Part shown: piece by piece, positions 52,474 to 64,000 of the stretch
Layout: each line of letters starts with the position of its first letter
Numbering within the stretch: the stretch's first letter is position 1
NCBI GenBank assembly: GCA_964035545.1
Contig: OZ037768.1
Coordinates: 22,911,319 to 22,975,318 of the forward strand
Direction: 5' to 3'
DNA: 64,000 nucleotides
From: Bugula neritina
Taxonomy: Eukaryota; Animalia; Bryozoa
The notes under the pieces: generated by a model
Seen by the model: only the letters and a program-made list of their open reading frames with translations
The model's database searches: none
Told to the model about the DNA's origin: nothing
Made by a program: the position numbers and the translations under genes

Positions 52474-55400
52474 ATGGCAGAAAGTTCAAGTTCCAAAACT
52501 TTGCATGATGGTGGAAGAGTACTAGCTCTTGCATTAAAAAGACAGGTTGTAATGGCAGCTATTCTAGGCTACATGTTTGCTTGTTAATTTATTATTGCAC
52601 AAGTTTTAGTTAAGATTAAAGTTAAAATTAAATTATGTTGATTTTCATGCTCATATTGATATTAATAATTAAATTTAATATTATTATACTTATACTTATA
52701 GTCATACTTATACTTATAGTTATTGAAGTATTAAAAGGTGTAAATCATAATTGTTTTTGCTTTGTCGTTCATTTGATTATTCTTTTTAAAACAAGAGACT
52801 TTTATTTTATTTATTAGATGAATAGTGCTATGATTAACTTCTGCTTCTAGTTTCATGGTTTTTGGTTTATCCGTTTAATATAAATTAAAATATGTACATG
52901 TTCTAATTTACAGACATTTTTTTACTAGGGTAATGACTGTAATAAAACAATGCCATTGTTAAAAGAATAGACATTTTGACGCTGCTTGTTTAAAATTGAA
53001 AACTGTATTCGATGTGGTTGAAATTTTTAAACATCTAGTTACCTAATTTATAAATATTCATTACCAATTACTATTAAGCTTCAACCTTTGTGTCAGTAAT
53101 CTTTATAATGGTAAAATAGTTTAATTTTAGTATAGTCTATTCTTTTTTACAGGGCGTAGATTATGCATTTGGAATTGTTGGTTTTCCTGTAATAGAATTG
53201 GGTTCCACATTGCAAGATGTTGGAATCAAATTTATCGGAATGCGTAATGAGCAAGCGGTAAGCTTATTAAAACTAATAAAAATTATAATATAATATAATA
53301 TAATATATAATATATACTAATTAATTCAAAATATTTGCTATTTGTGTAGTAAACCTTTTATGTTCTCACAACTTTTATAGTCTGTTATTTTAGGCAAGTT
53401 ATGCTGCAAGTGCAATAGGATATTTAACTGGCAGGTGAGTGCAATGATGTCTTTTATTTTGATATATGTTTTCAACAGTGGTAGCTATTGTTTAGAGATC
53501 ATTTAGGTTGTGTCATAAGTAGGTGCACTATTACACATAAAGCAGGTGTAATATTCACACAGCGAGTAACTAAACAGGCAAGAACTTATTCTGTGATCGT
53601 AAATCTTCATTGAAATGTTTGGAAATAAGTTTTTTTGTCAAAACTAAACTATGCACATTGGGAAAATATTTTTTACCGTATAAAAAAGCGCAATTGTCTA
53701 GAAAATGTGTTATTTATTTCTCACATAGAAGGCTGTAGTGCTGCAAGGGTAGCCGTTAAAATATAATGTTTTCATGCGTACATTATATTACAATGCGAAA
53801 CTGATTTTTTGCTGCACAATGATAGATAACAGTGTGAGATTTTCCAATGATACAAACAGTGCTGAGTGACAGAAGAGCTTTAATAACTGCAAGAGATGTG
53901 CAGATAAATTCTATTGTTTTCAAAGCCTGATGATTGAACACTTTGGTTTGTTGATGCTCACTAGTTTTGTCGCGTATGACTTTTTGATTGCTCAAAGTAC
54001 GCTATTTTATTGTTTGTCTGTTTGTCTTTAAGGATTCTAAATGTCAAATGATGTAAGGTAAAGCAACTAATATATAAATGGTATATCTTATAGTATAGAG
54101 TAAAGGAGATAGAGAGGGTATAGGGTATAGGATACAGGGTATAGGGTACAGGGTATAGGGTACAGGGTATAGGGTACAGGGTATAGGGTACAGGGTACAG
54201 GGTACAGGGTATAGGGTACAGGGTATAGGGTACAGGGTATAGGGTACAGGGTACAGGTCCTCGTCCCTATATCCTAGACGGTTATGTAACTAACCCTTGT
54301 GTATGATTACTTGTAGACCGGCTGTCTGTCTCACCGTTTCAGGTCCAGGACTTATCAATGCACTGTCTGGTATGGCAAATGCCAAAGAAAATTCTTGGTA
54401 TGTGAATAAGTTTTGCGTGTTTGTTTATCTATATATTGGATGATGCAATCCGCAATGTCATGCATTTTCTCAGTAGAGTTTGGTCAAAGAAAAAAAACAT
54501 TGTTGGAATTTGGTGACACTTATAATAGTTTTTAATAGATTTATTTTTTATTGACGTTTAACTAACAAATGAAAGTTTTAAGATTTTTCTACTTTTTACT
54601 TTTAATTACATTTGTGTGATGCTCCATTGAACTTTTAAAATAATGAAATGGAAGATATATTTCCTGGTTGTTTGCTTTCGTAGACTTTCACTTTGTTGCT
54701 GAATAATTAAACTTATCGCATCACTAGAGAGTGGAATGTATTGCATAAGCAATAGCAGTTTATAAATACAGCAAAGTCCTTTGGCAAGGTTACAGTTGCA
54801 ATGTCTCTCATGAGATTGATCCCACTGTGGAATTCTTCTTAACTTGCTGTAAACTAACAACCAATGTTAGCAACCAATGGTCATGTTTTGAATATTATTT
54901 ATTGCTTTTAGAAGTTGTCATTCCAATTTATTAATTTTGCAGTTAATGAAAAAACTTGTGTATTTCTGCTAAAAAAGTTCTTGCTTTTAAAATATGGAAA
55001 GTTGCTGTTATAGTTGCTGTTGTGGATTTTGTGTTACTATGGTTGTCTCTATTTCACCCAGTTACTAATTCATAACTTTATTGTGCTGTGAGAAAAAAAA
55101 TCATGAAACTGAGGCATTCCTAAATTGCCGTTTTCACTTTTAAAGCATTGCATTGGTGAGGTACTGTAGTTTCCTGATGAATCCTAATTTAGCCCCCACT
55201 AGTTGGGAACAATGTACAGTATTTTTCAGAATCACCAGCTTTCCATGTACCGATCTCAGATCGATCTCCGTCGATCTGAGCTGGTCGGTCTGTAGAGCTC
55301 GAACTCAGATCGATCTCATGTCAATAAGACCATGGAAAGACGCCAGATCGATCTGAGAAGTAGAAAAAGACTGCGCGCTACAATGTTGTCTGCTAATAAA

Positions 55401-58400
55401 AATGATAACTTATTGATAATTACTAAGCAAAGTATTAAATAATTATGATGGCCACCTTTTCAGATGCCAAAGCTTTGACTTTCAGTACAATGATTAGGAA
55501 AACTCAATTATATGCAGTAGAAGGTAAAAAAATGGGAGAATTTAAATTGAATTTAAATGACTATTAAAACTTAGTTTCATTAGCTATTTTCTTTATAATT
55601 TTAAGCCTAACAATCCTGTAAGTTTATTAATAATCTGCAAGACAGCCAATAATTTTATATAAGCTGTCAAGCTAAAAAATTAAAATCAATTATTTTGAAT
55701 TGGCCAAATTACCATACACTGAAAGCTTTGCTGCGTATAGTTTATAGCTGGGATTAAATTTTAAACTACGACCATCTTGTTTTCAACAGTAGTAGCTTCA
55801 ATTGCTCAAATAGGTGAACAATTTATACTTTTAAAGTATCCTTCACTTAAGAGGAGGCAACTTCGCGAGATCGATCTGACATTCTCATGGAAAAACGATC
55901 GATCTGAGCACATTTCTCAGATCGATCTCGCTGAGATCGATCTGAGATCGGTACATGGAAAGCCCGTGAATGTTCTTTTGGCCTCATGACTTGAAATAAA
56001 CTCTGACCCTTGTATTTTCTACTGTAATTCTTCTACAACGTGCTTGCTCTCCTCCAGGCCTCTCATAGTAATTGCTGGAGCCAGTGATACAGACCAGGAC
56101 GGGATGAATGCCTTTCAGGAATGGCCTCAGGTAGAGAGCTGCCGACTGTATGCAAAGTTTACTGCACGGCCTGATTCTGTAGAAAGAATTCCATTTTTTG
56201 TAGAGAAGGTAATCATACACGGAGCTAAATATAGTAACAAGTATTATTATTTCTTAAACTGGACAATAGTGGAGTTGAACTTTTTGAGTCACAGCTCTGG
56301 GTCTGTGGAACTTTAAATAAATTTTTTTTTAAAAAAGTTGATTGACAATCTACAACTTTACTATGGCCATAATTCTTTACTATGATTATAACTCTTTACT
56401 ATGACTATGACTTTTTACTATGACAATAACTCTTTACTATGATCATAACTCTTGACTATGATTATAACTTTTTACTATGAATATAACTCTTTACTATAAA
56501 TATAACTCTTTACTATGAATATAACTCTTTACTGTAACTTTAGTGCCAATTTAGTGATTAAAATTCTCTTCACATTTCATGATAGAATATGTCAGAGTGC
56601 TTATGCAATTTATGTAAGGTCAAACTAGTACATTGATAACATTTCTTTCAGACATTTTATCTTCCTGCTTTGTACAATTTATTATTTTGGTTCGGAACTG
56701 TAACTAACAGACGACAAAAATATTTATAACGGCTGCAAGAAAAAAATTTGTGTTGATTGATTTAATGATCACATGATGGAACACTGACAATTCCAGCTAT
56801 GTGAAAATTGTCTACACCTGTTAGTTGTATATCCCTGTTAGTTGTCTTCTCTCTGCAGGCAGTACGGACTAGCAGATGTGGAAGACCCGGCCCAGTGTAT
56901 CTCGATATGCCAGGTTCTCTTCTCAACACACAAGTAGATGCTTCAACAGTTTGGTGGGTGAAGTACCAACTGTATACTGTAGAGTACTAACTGTATACTG
57001 TAGAGTACTAACTGTATATACTGTAGAGTACTAACTGTATACAGTAGAGTACTAACTGTATATACTGTAGAGTACTAACTGTATACTGTAGAGTATTAAC
57101 TGTATATACTGTACAGTACTAACTGTATACTGTAGAGTATTAACTGTATATACTGTACAGTACTAACTGTATACTGTAGAGTACTAACTGTATATACTGT
57201 AGAGTACTAACTGTATACTGTAGAGTATTAACTGTATACACTGTACAGTACTAACTGTATACTGTAGAGTACTAACTGTATACTGTAGAGTACTAACTGT
57301 ATATACTGTAGAGTACTAACTGTATACTGTAGAGTACTAACTGTATATACTGTAGAGTACTAACTGTATACTGTAGAGTACTAACTGTTTACTGTAGAGT
57401 ACTAACTGTATACTGTAGAGTATTAACTGTATATACTGTACAGTACTAACTGTATACTGTAGAGTACTAACTGTATATACTGTAGAGTACTAACTGTATA
57501 CTGTAGAGTATTAACTGTATACACTGTACAGTACTAACTGTATACTGTAGAGTACTAACTGTATACTGTAGAGTACTAACTGTATATACTGTAGAGTACT
57601 AACTGTATACTGTAGAGTACTAACTGTATATACTGTAGAGTACTAACTGTATACTGTAGAGTACTAACTGTTTACTGTAGAGTACTAACTGTATACTGTA
57701 CTGTAGGTCGACAAGTATTTGCTCAGACCCACAACGACCTCTAGCTGACCCAGTTAATGTAGAGCAGGCGTGTGAACTTCTAGTAAAAGCTGAAAGACCT
57801 CTGGTCATCATAGGAAAAGGTGACTCAATTTTCGTCTTGACTTCTGTGCTTCATATAGGATTAAGTCATTTGCATAGCGCTGTTTTGATGAGGTCACATT
57901 TCATGAAAATTAAGTCTCTTTATGTATGGAAAACATCCACACGATTTAAATTTTTAAAGAACAATTTATTCAGCTGGGAAATTCCCAAGTTCTACATACC
58001 AATTTGTCACGTTAGTCACGTTAGTCTGAAATGTCCGATAGGTGCTGCGTATAGCCGTGCAGAGACAGAAATATTACAGTTTGTGGAGCGGCTTGGGTTG
58101 CCGTACCTGCCCTCCCCTATGGGTAAAGGTGTTATACCTGACACTCATCCACAGTGTGTGATAGCTGCTAGGTCTAAGTGAGTACTAGTAACAGCTGTTG
58201 TGAACATAGCCTAGTTTCATATAACCAACATAGCCTAGTTTTATATACAGTGGACTCTTTTAAAATGTGATAACTTGAAAAATTATGATATGCATCAAAA
58301 GGTAAATGTCAATGTTTTTATCACTAAAATTTTATTAATGTTAATCTGTTAATATTGAATTTAATAATTTAATCTACTGTTTAATAAATTTTTGGTGGTT

Positions 58401-61400
58401 TCATTTGACTATGTGATTAGTTTTTATTGAAAGCTTATTATTTGTGTTTGATTTGAAATATTCAATTTTTAACCAAACTATTGATAGATTATTAGTTTAT
58501 TGATGTATTGTAGAGCTTTGCAAAATGCTGATGTAGTGGTGCTCCTAGGTGCCCGCCTCAACTGGATCTTGCATTTCGGTCTTCCTCCTCGCTACTCTGA
58601 TAGTGTCAAGGTCATCCAAGTAGATATTTGTGCTGAAGAGTTGCATAACAATAGCAAATGTTGTGTGGGTCTCCATGGCGATATAAAAGCTGTAGTTAAA
58701 CAGGTGTGATATGTAGAATTTATTTATTATGCTAATGTCTGGGTGTCAAAATTTGTTTTAGTATTTTTATTTACTATTCCTTCAACTGATGAGTCATACT
58801 ATACTACAGAATCACTAGAATATTATGAGTCATAGATAGTATGAGTCATACCAGCTGTCTGACTCACTCTAACATGAGTCATGCTATGCCGTGTGCTGAT
58901 TGGTTCTTTCCATTAGCTTGAGTTAACTGTTGCTTAGCCCAATATATAATAGATTCATGAGTTTTATAACAAACACATAGAGTTATATAATCTCTATCGT
59001 ACAAGTATTGGTCCAATTATTTTGCTTAAAAAACATTAAAAGCGAATTCACACTTAATTTCAAAAACCATTTTCTTTTACCTGTGAATATAAGCATATAT
59101 ATTTTATCCAATAAAATGAATACCAGGAGCTGTTGTTGACATGATAACTGCACTTGACTTTTCAGGTAAATGCAGCACCTCAACTTCAGCACTATAAATT
59201 TCCAGCTACTTCTCTATGGTGGAAAACTCTCAAAGAGAAGATAAATCTTAACATGCAAGTGGTTGCCCAGAGTGTAAATAATGAGTCTATTCCAATGAAC
59301 TTTTACTGTGCTTTCAATGTGGTAAGAGTTATCTTCTTCTTTATTATTCTATGTATTTCCTTGCAATACAACACGATAAAGTTTCAACTTTCAATCATAT
59401 TTTGGTTTCTCCCACGCATAAATAAAATACTTTTCAACTTTTAAGAGAAAGTGCTGGATATGTTATATGATAAACACAAAATTAATATCTTATGATTATT
59501 TTTGAGTTAAATGCATGAAGCTATTGGCAATGCACTTTTAGTTAAACTTCAACATAGGTTTTAATTACAAACATGATTGCGTTATTACAAACTAGATTTT
59601 GTTAGCGGTAACATTTTATAACGCTCAACTATGTAGAAAATATAATCTCAAAATGCAATATACAACACCCTTTGTGTACTATGGTGTGTTTTCAAACATT
59701 ATACTTGCTGTGGTTTATGCTAGAGTCACTTGTATATTTGACAGGTGCAGAAGTTGCTGCCTAAGGACTGTATTATAGTCAGCGAAGGTGCCTCTACAAT
59801 GGACATAGGCAGGTCGATGCTTTCTAACTACCTACCTAGACACAGGTTCGCTCTTTCACCTCTTCTCCTTGAAAACTCACCATTGTTACTTATTAGGAAT
59901 TTGTTTGTTAAATCTGCTAAATTTTATGTCAATGTTTTTAGCCATTTACACAACATCACACAATGCCTTTTCTCAACTCTTTGAAAGCCATAACCTCGAG
60001 TTTGGTTATTGCTGTTAGGATATTAGTGTTTTGATTGTTTGAGGAATTTTAAGTTGTGAGTGACAAAACAGGATACATTGTGGCTCTAACATTGAAGTGT
60101 ATTAAACAAAGTGTAGCCAACTGTGGACATCATTGTTAGGCTGGATGCCGGGTCATTTGGTACAATGGGAGTTGGTCCCGGGTTCGCCATCGCTGCCGCC
60201 CTGCACTGCCGTGACACGGAGCCTGGCAAGAGAGTCGTGTGTGTAGAAGGGGACAGCGCCATTGGCTTCTCCATTATGGAACTGGAAACAGCAGCCAGGT
60301 AATGCTGCCTCTCTGGTAAACAATGACTCATTAGTCTGTGGTATTCTCAGTACAATTTCTTTCTAGAGACTCTTTACTTGCGTTGTTTGTGTTATTTTCT
60401 ATAAATTCAAATTATTAGAAAAACCCGTTTCAAGATAAAGATGGGCTAAATTTCTATAATGTCTGTTTTAGACAAGTTTTATATTTCGAAATATAGAATC
60501 TCAAACTTTTTGTTGGTAGAAAAATGTCACTAGAATCAGGAAACCTTCTGATATGAATTAGTGCTGTACATTGAAACTAGTTTGAGCTCTTTCTTCTTCT
60601 ATCAGCTTAGCAACAATATTAGCTTTCTTTTCATGTTTTGAGCTACAACTTGGCATACTGTTTACTTTGTTGCTATGGTAACCAGACTTGTATATTGCAG
60701 GTACAAGTTGCCGATAGTGTTTATTGTAATCAATAATAATGGAATTGGATTTGGGGCTGACTCAGAATTGTTTGATGCCCTGACAGCTGAGAGCGATGCA
60801 ACCATCAGGTATTTCATTGGTCCACCTGTGAAGCTTTGCTTTGTGTTTAGGAAAGTGAGATAAATCTGTTTGAAGACAGTAAAAAGATATAAAGCCAAAC
60901 TATCAGATTTTGTACATCTAGTCAAGTCTAGTCACTACAGCTGGCATTAAAATCTTTAAATGATGCTATAGATAATTCTGTATATATAATATAATTGCAA
61001 AGTTTTGGCTTAATTAAAGCAGACCAGTGTGTAATTAAATTTTTGAAAAATTATGCTATATTTCTTGTGTAGAAACAAATACAAATATAAATAAATTAGT
61101 ATAATACAGTTTACTATTGTACAATGCAATGTAATATAGCATATGATAGTTTTATATAATATAGTATCTTATAGTATTATATTATCATACTATGTGATAT
61201 AAAACAATGCAGTTTGATGTAGTATAATATAAATATAAATAAATACATGTATAGATAGATATTACACATAATGTAGTAATTTATATTAATAACAATAATA
61301 ATATATATATATATATACTAAATTTTATTCAAGCTCTGAAGATAGATACAGTGGCATCCAAAATGTGTATTTACTTTATTTATTTATATAAATAAAGTAT

Positions 61401-61977
61401 TAAATAAAATAACTATTTAAACAAATATTTACCTGTTTGCAGTCTTCAACCCACCTTCTTGTCCCCTCAGTGCAGATATGATAGAATCATACAGGCTTTG
61501 AACTGTCCCGGATATTTAGCTAAGACTCCTAGTGACTTAGATTCTGCTTTGAGACTTTGCCTGCAAACTACAGACCGTCCCTCACTAGTCAATGTACTTA
61601 TAGATCCTATGGCTATGAGGAAACAACAAGTGAGTTTATTCTATAGAATGAGTTGTGGTTGTATTAGCCTATTATATTCATATATTATATATAATACTAT
61701 AATTATATTGTGATATTTATATAGTTTCTATGATACTATAATTATATTATATTGTATATTGTATATTATCATGTTACATTCATTCACATTGACACTGGTT
61801 TGCAGCAAGATTGATTTGTGGTTTGTATCTCATTACCAGGTGAATAACATACTAGTACATACACCATATTCATGTTTCTCAGGTTTATATTATATGACCT
61901 GTAGCCTTTGACCTATGACAATTATAACAACCTATGTCTTTTAGGAGTTTGAATGGCTAACAAGAAGTAACCTCTAA
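52474..61977 (+). CDS. HACL1: 2-hydroxyacyl-CoA lyase 1 (ThDP-dependent, peroxisomal), 575 aa
   Basis: 15 exons: 52474-52545, 53153-53257, 53394-53434, 54317-54397, 56058-56208, 56859-56953, 57707-57819, 58042-58177, 58514-58703, 59166-59321, 59745-59845, 60140-60298, 60701-60808, 61443-61629, 61945-61977 (1728 nt). Motifs [54 protein letters not shown]...NNNG; PTS1-like end WLTRSNL. Confidence 0.97.
54115..54257 (+). repeat. G-rich heptamer array (AGGGTAY)~20
   Basis: Alternating AGGGTAT / AGGGTAC units in HACL1 intron 3. Confidence 0.95.
55233..55968. mobile_element. MITE with CAC...GTG ends and 3-bp TSD, 736 bp
   Basis: TIR core GCTTTCCATGTACCGATCTCAGATCGATCTC is perfectly inverted at both ends; AAT at 55230-32 and 55969-71; subterminal AGATCGATCT palindromes. 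Confidence 0.88.
56355..56540. repeat. 21-bp minisatellite, ~8 copies
   Basis: Unit TATAACTCTTTACTATGA(T/A). Confidence 0.9.
56963..57706. repeat. 21/23-bp minisatellite filling HACL1 intron 6, ~33 copies
   Basis: Unit GTACTAACTGTA(TA)TACTGTAGA running from 10 nt after the donor to the acceptor AG. Confidence 0.97.
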
Positions 61978-63953
61978 GATTGAAGCCTCTATTTTTAGTA
62001 CCTCCCATGATATTATAAAGATTTTGAATAAGTGGATATTATTTATGGCTTGACAATAGATTATTAGATGAATGATGGTACCTCAAGTATAATAATTATG
62101 TCTACTAACAGTATCAACGTCCACTGCCTTATGGTGATGTTAGTTTTATATTTGTTCAATGTATTGATTCTATGATCTTTATATACTAAATTATATTGTT
62201 TGTTAATTTTTTAATTTGTGTATGATAATTTTTTTTATAGAAAATAGCTTTTGGTGCTTATTTTCAAGAATATTATGACACATTGGCATCCCTTGTTTAA
62301 ATTATAATCACGGTGTTTGAGTAGTAATAGTTTGTGCTTTCAAATTTACTAATAAAATGATTGAAAATTGGATATTACTAGCTACTACATATCTAAATTT
62401 AAAAATTACAGCATTATAATCTCAGTAGTTCTTTTCAAAACGAATAACTCAATTATTTGTTATAATCATAGCTAATTAGTATCTAAAGAGTTACTTCCTT
62501 TTCCACACAAACTGGATTCGAGTACTTTACATTCTATTTCAATGATGTCAAGATGTTTAGAAATCGCTAGAAATAGCACCGAGTTAGTGTTTATTGAGTG
62601 CAGTAAGTTGGAGTTTGAACTTTGGATAGCAATGTTAATACAAACTCTGCACTCAATCGCTCCCAAATTGATGCTGTTTTTAACGATTTTCAATAACTTG
62701 ACTTTAGTCACCACATTTTACTAAGAACATAGGCTACCGAAAGATTATATAAACAGTAATTTGCACTAAAACTCTGCAGTGTAGGCTGCAAGTGGATGAA
62801 CAGGGAGACTGTGTCTTTAATTTGCAAGAAAAAGGTAATACTTATACTAATAGTAATAAATTAAAAATAACTAAAAAGTATAATTCCTAATTGGTATAAC
62901 TACAAGTATCATAATCAGCAAATCACTATTTTAGCTATTTATTGCAGTGATTGTGATACTCATACTCATACTGATTGTCAGTCAACTGTTTTACTTCTAG
63001 TTTTAGTGTTGAGAATGACTGTAGTAGCATCAGCAGCTCAAATTACAGACTGAAATTTTAATTAAGCACCATACTGATTTGATACTCAGTCATTGAATCC
63101 TAACCCAAACCTAGTCCTATGGGGTTATGGGCAGGACCATGCTAGAATAAGAATTGTTAACAGTTAATCATAATGATAATCATAATGACTCCTGCTACTG
63201 TGCTAATGCTGTGGCTATGCCTAGCATAAGTTATTTAAAAGCTTATAGCAAGTTAGAGTTTTGATGCTCTGTGGCTATTACTACTAGTATAACTATTCTA
63301 TTAGTATTCTTTTTTAGTTTTCATTTGCCTTCACATACTCATGCTGATATTAATATTTAATTTTATTATTTAAATATGTAATCTAAGATTATCATCTTCA
63401 ATATGAATATAAAGTATGAGCATAAACTTGCATATAATTATGCTAGTTTTAAATAGCCTAAACTAGAAGTAGATGATGAATTGAAATTTGAGTCACACTT
63501 AATAAAATGCAGCTGCTAACCTTAGTATTTTTTGGTTATGGTATTGTGTTGTAGAATTTGTCAACGCTGACAATATGACACCTAATGAAAATTTTGGTTG
63601 AACTAGTGCCACCAAAAGTTGTAGGCTATTTTTAGGGTGAAATATTTTTCTTAATATACCAATGATTTAATCACAATGTTATGTTATAATATTTCATATT
63701 GTTTTGGTTTTATCAAGTAGTTATAACTCCAAAATCCTACCTTAAACATTTTGCTTGCTTGTGAAATTGCTCTATATTCTGATATATAATATCACTGGAA
63801 GGTTGTATACTGCCATAGCTATCAGCATATTGGTATGGATAACAATATTTTAATATATGTGACTTTTAGGATTAAAACAATGTTATGAACTTGATGCGAA
63901 ATCTCTTGATTCGAACTAAAAATTTTGCCAAGACACTAAGTACAGCTGGCAAG

Positions 63954-63969
63954 ATGGATGACATGTCTG
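63954..63969 (+). other. possible first coding bases of the next gene (MDDMS...)
   Basis: AAGATGG Kozak-like context followed by G|GTGAGT; too short to identify. Confidence 0.3.
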
Positions 63970-64000
63970 GTGAGTTTTCTTAATCGAATTAAAGATGCAG

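Noticed and set aside
62472-62724. overlapping antisense ORFs after HACL1
   Set aside because: No recognisable domain or splice context.

Overview
AT-rich, intron-rich genomic DNA from an invertebrate animal (species cannot be determined from this window). Hand-built GT-AG gene models with consistent reading phase give, left to right: the 3' part of a TTC28-like CHAT-domain gene (+), Elongin B (-), a DLK/LZK-type MAP3K (+), TUSC2/FUS1 (+), a Tob-family gene (-), HACL1 (+) and possibly the first coding bases of another gene. ELOB/MAP3K and Tob/HACL1 are head-to-head pairs. The last TUSC2 intron holds a 5'-truncated LINE interrupted by a very young 4.4-kb Gmr1-like LTR element. That element has apparently identical 561-bp LTRs, a 5-bp TSD and an intact Gag-PR-IN ORF, but no reverse transcriptase and only an out-of-frame RNase H remnant. 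Two MITEs and short tRNA-derived repeats also lie in introns. The most striking unexplained pattern is that several intronic minisatellites are built from the 3' splice site itself (TTC28 21-mer, MAP3K 50-mer, HACL1 21/23-mer with TACTAAC plus AG in most units). These create arrays of decoy acceptors in front of the only productive one. All models and alignments were done by eye and need RNA-seq or database confirmation.
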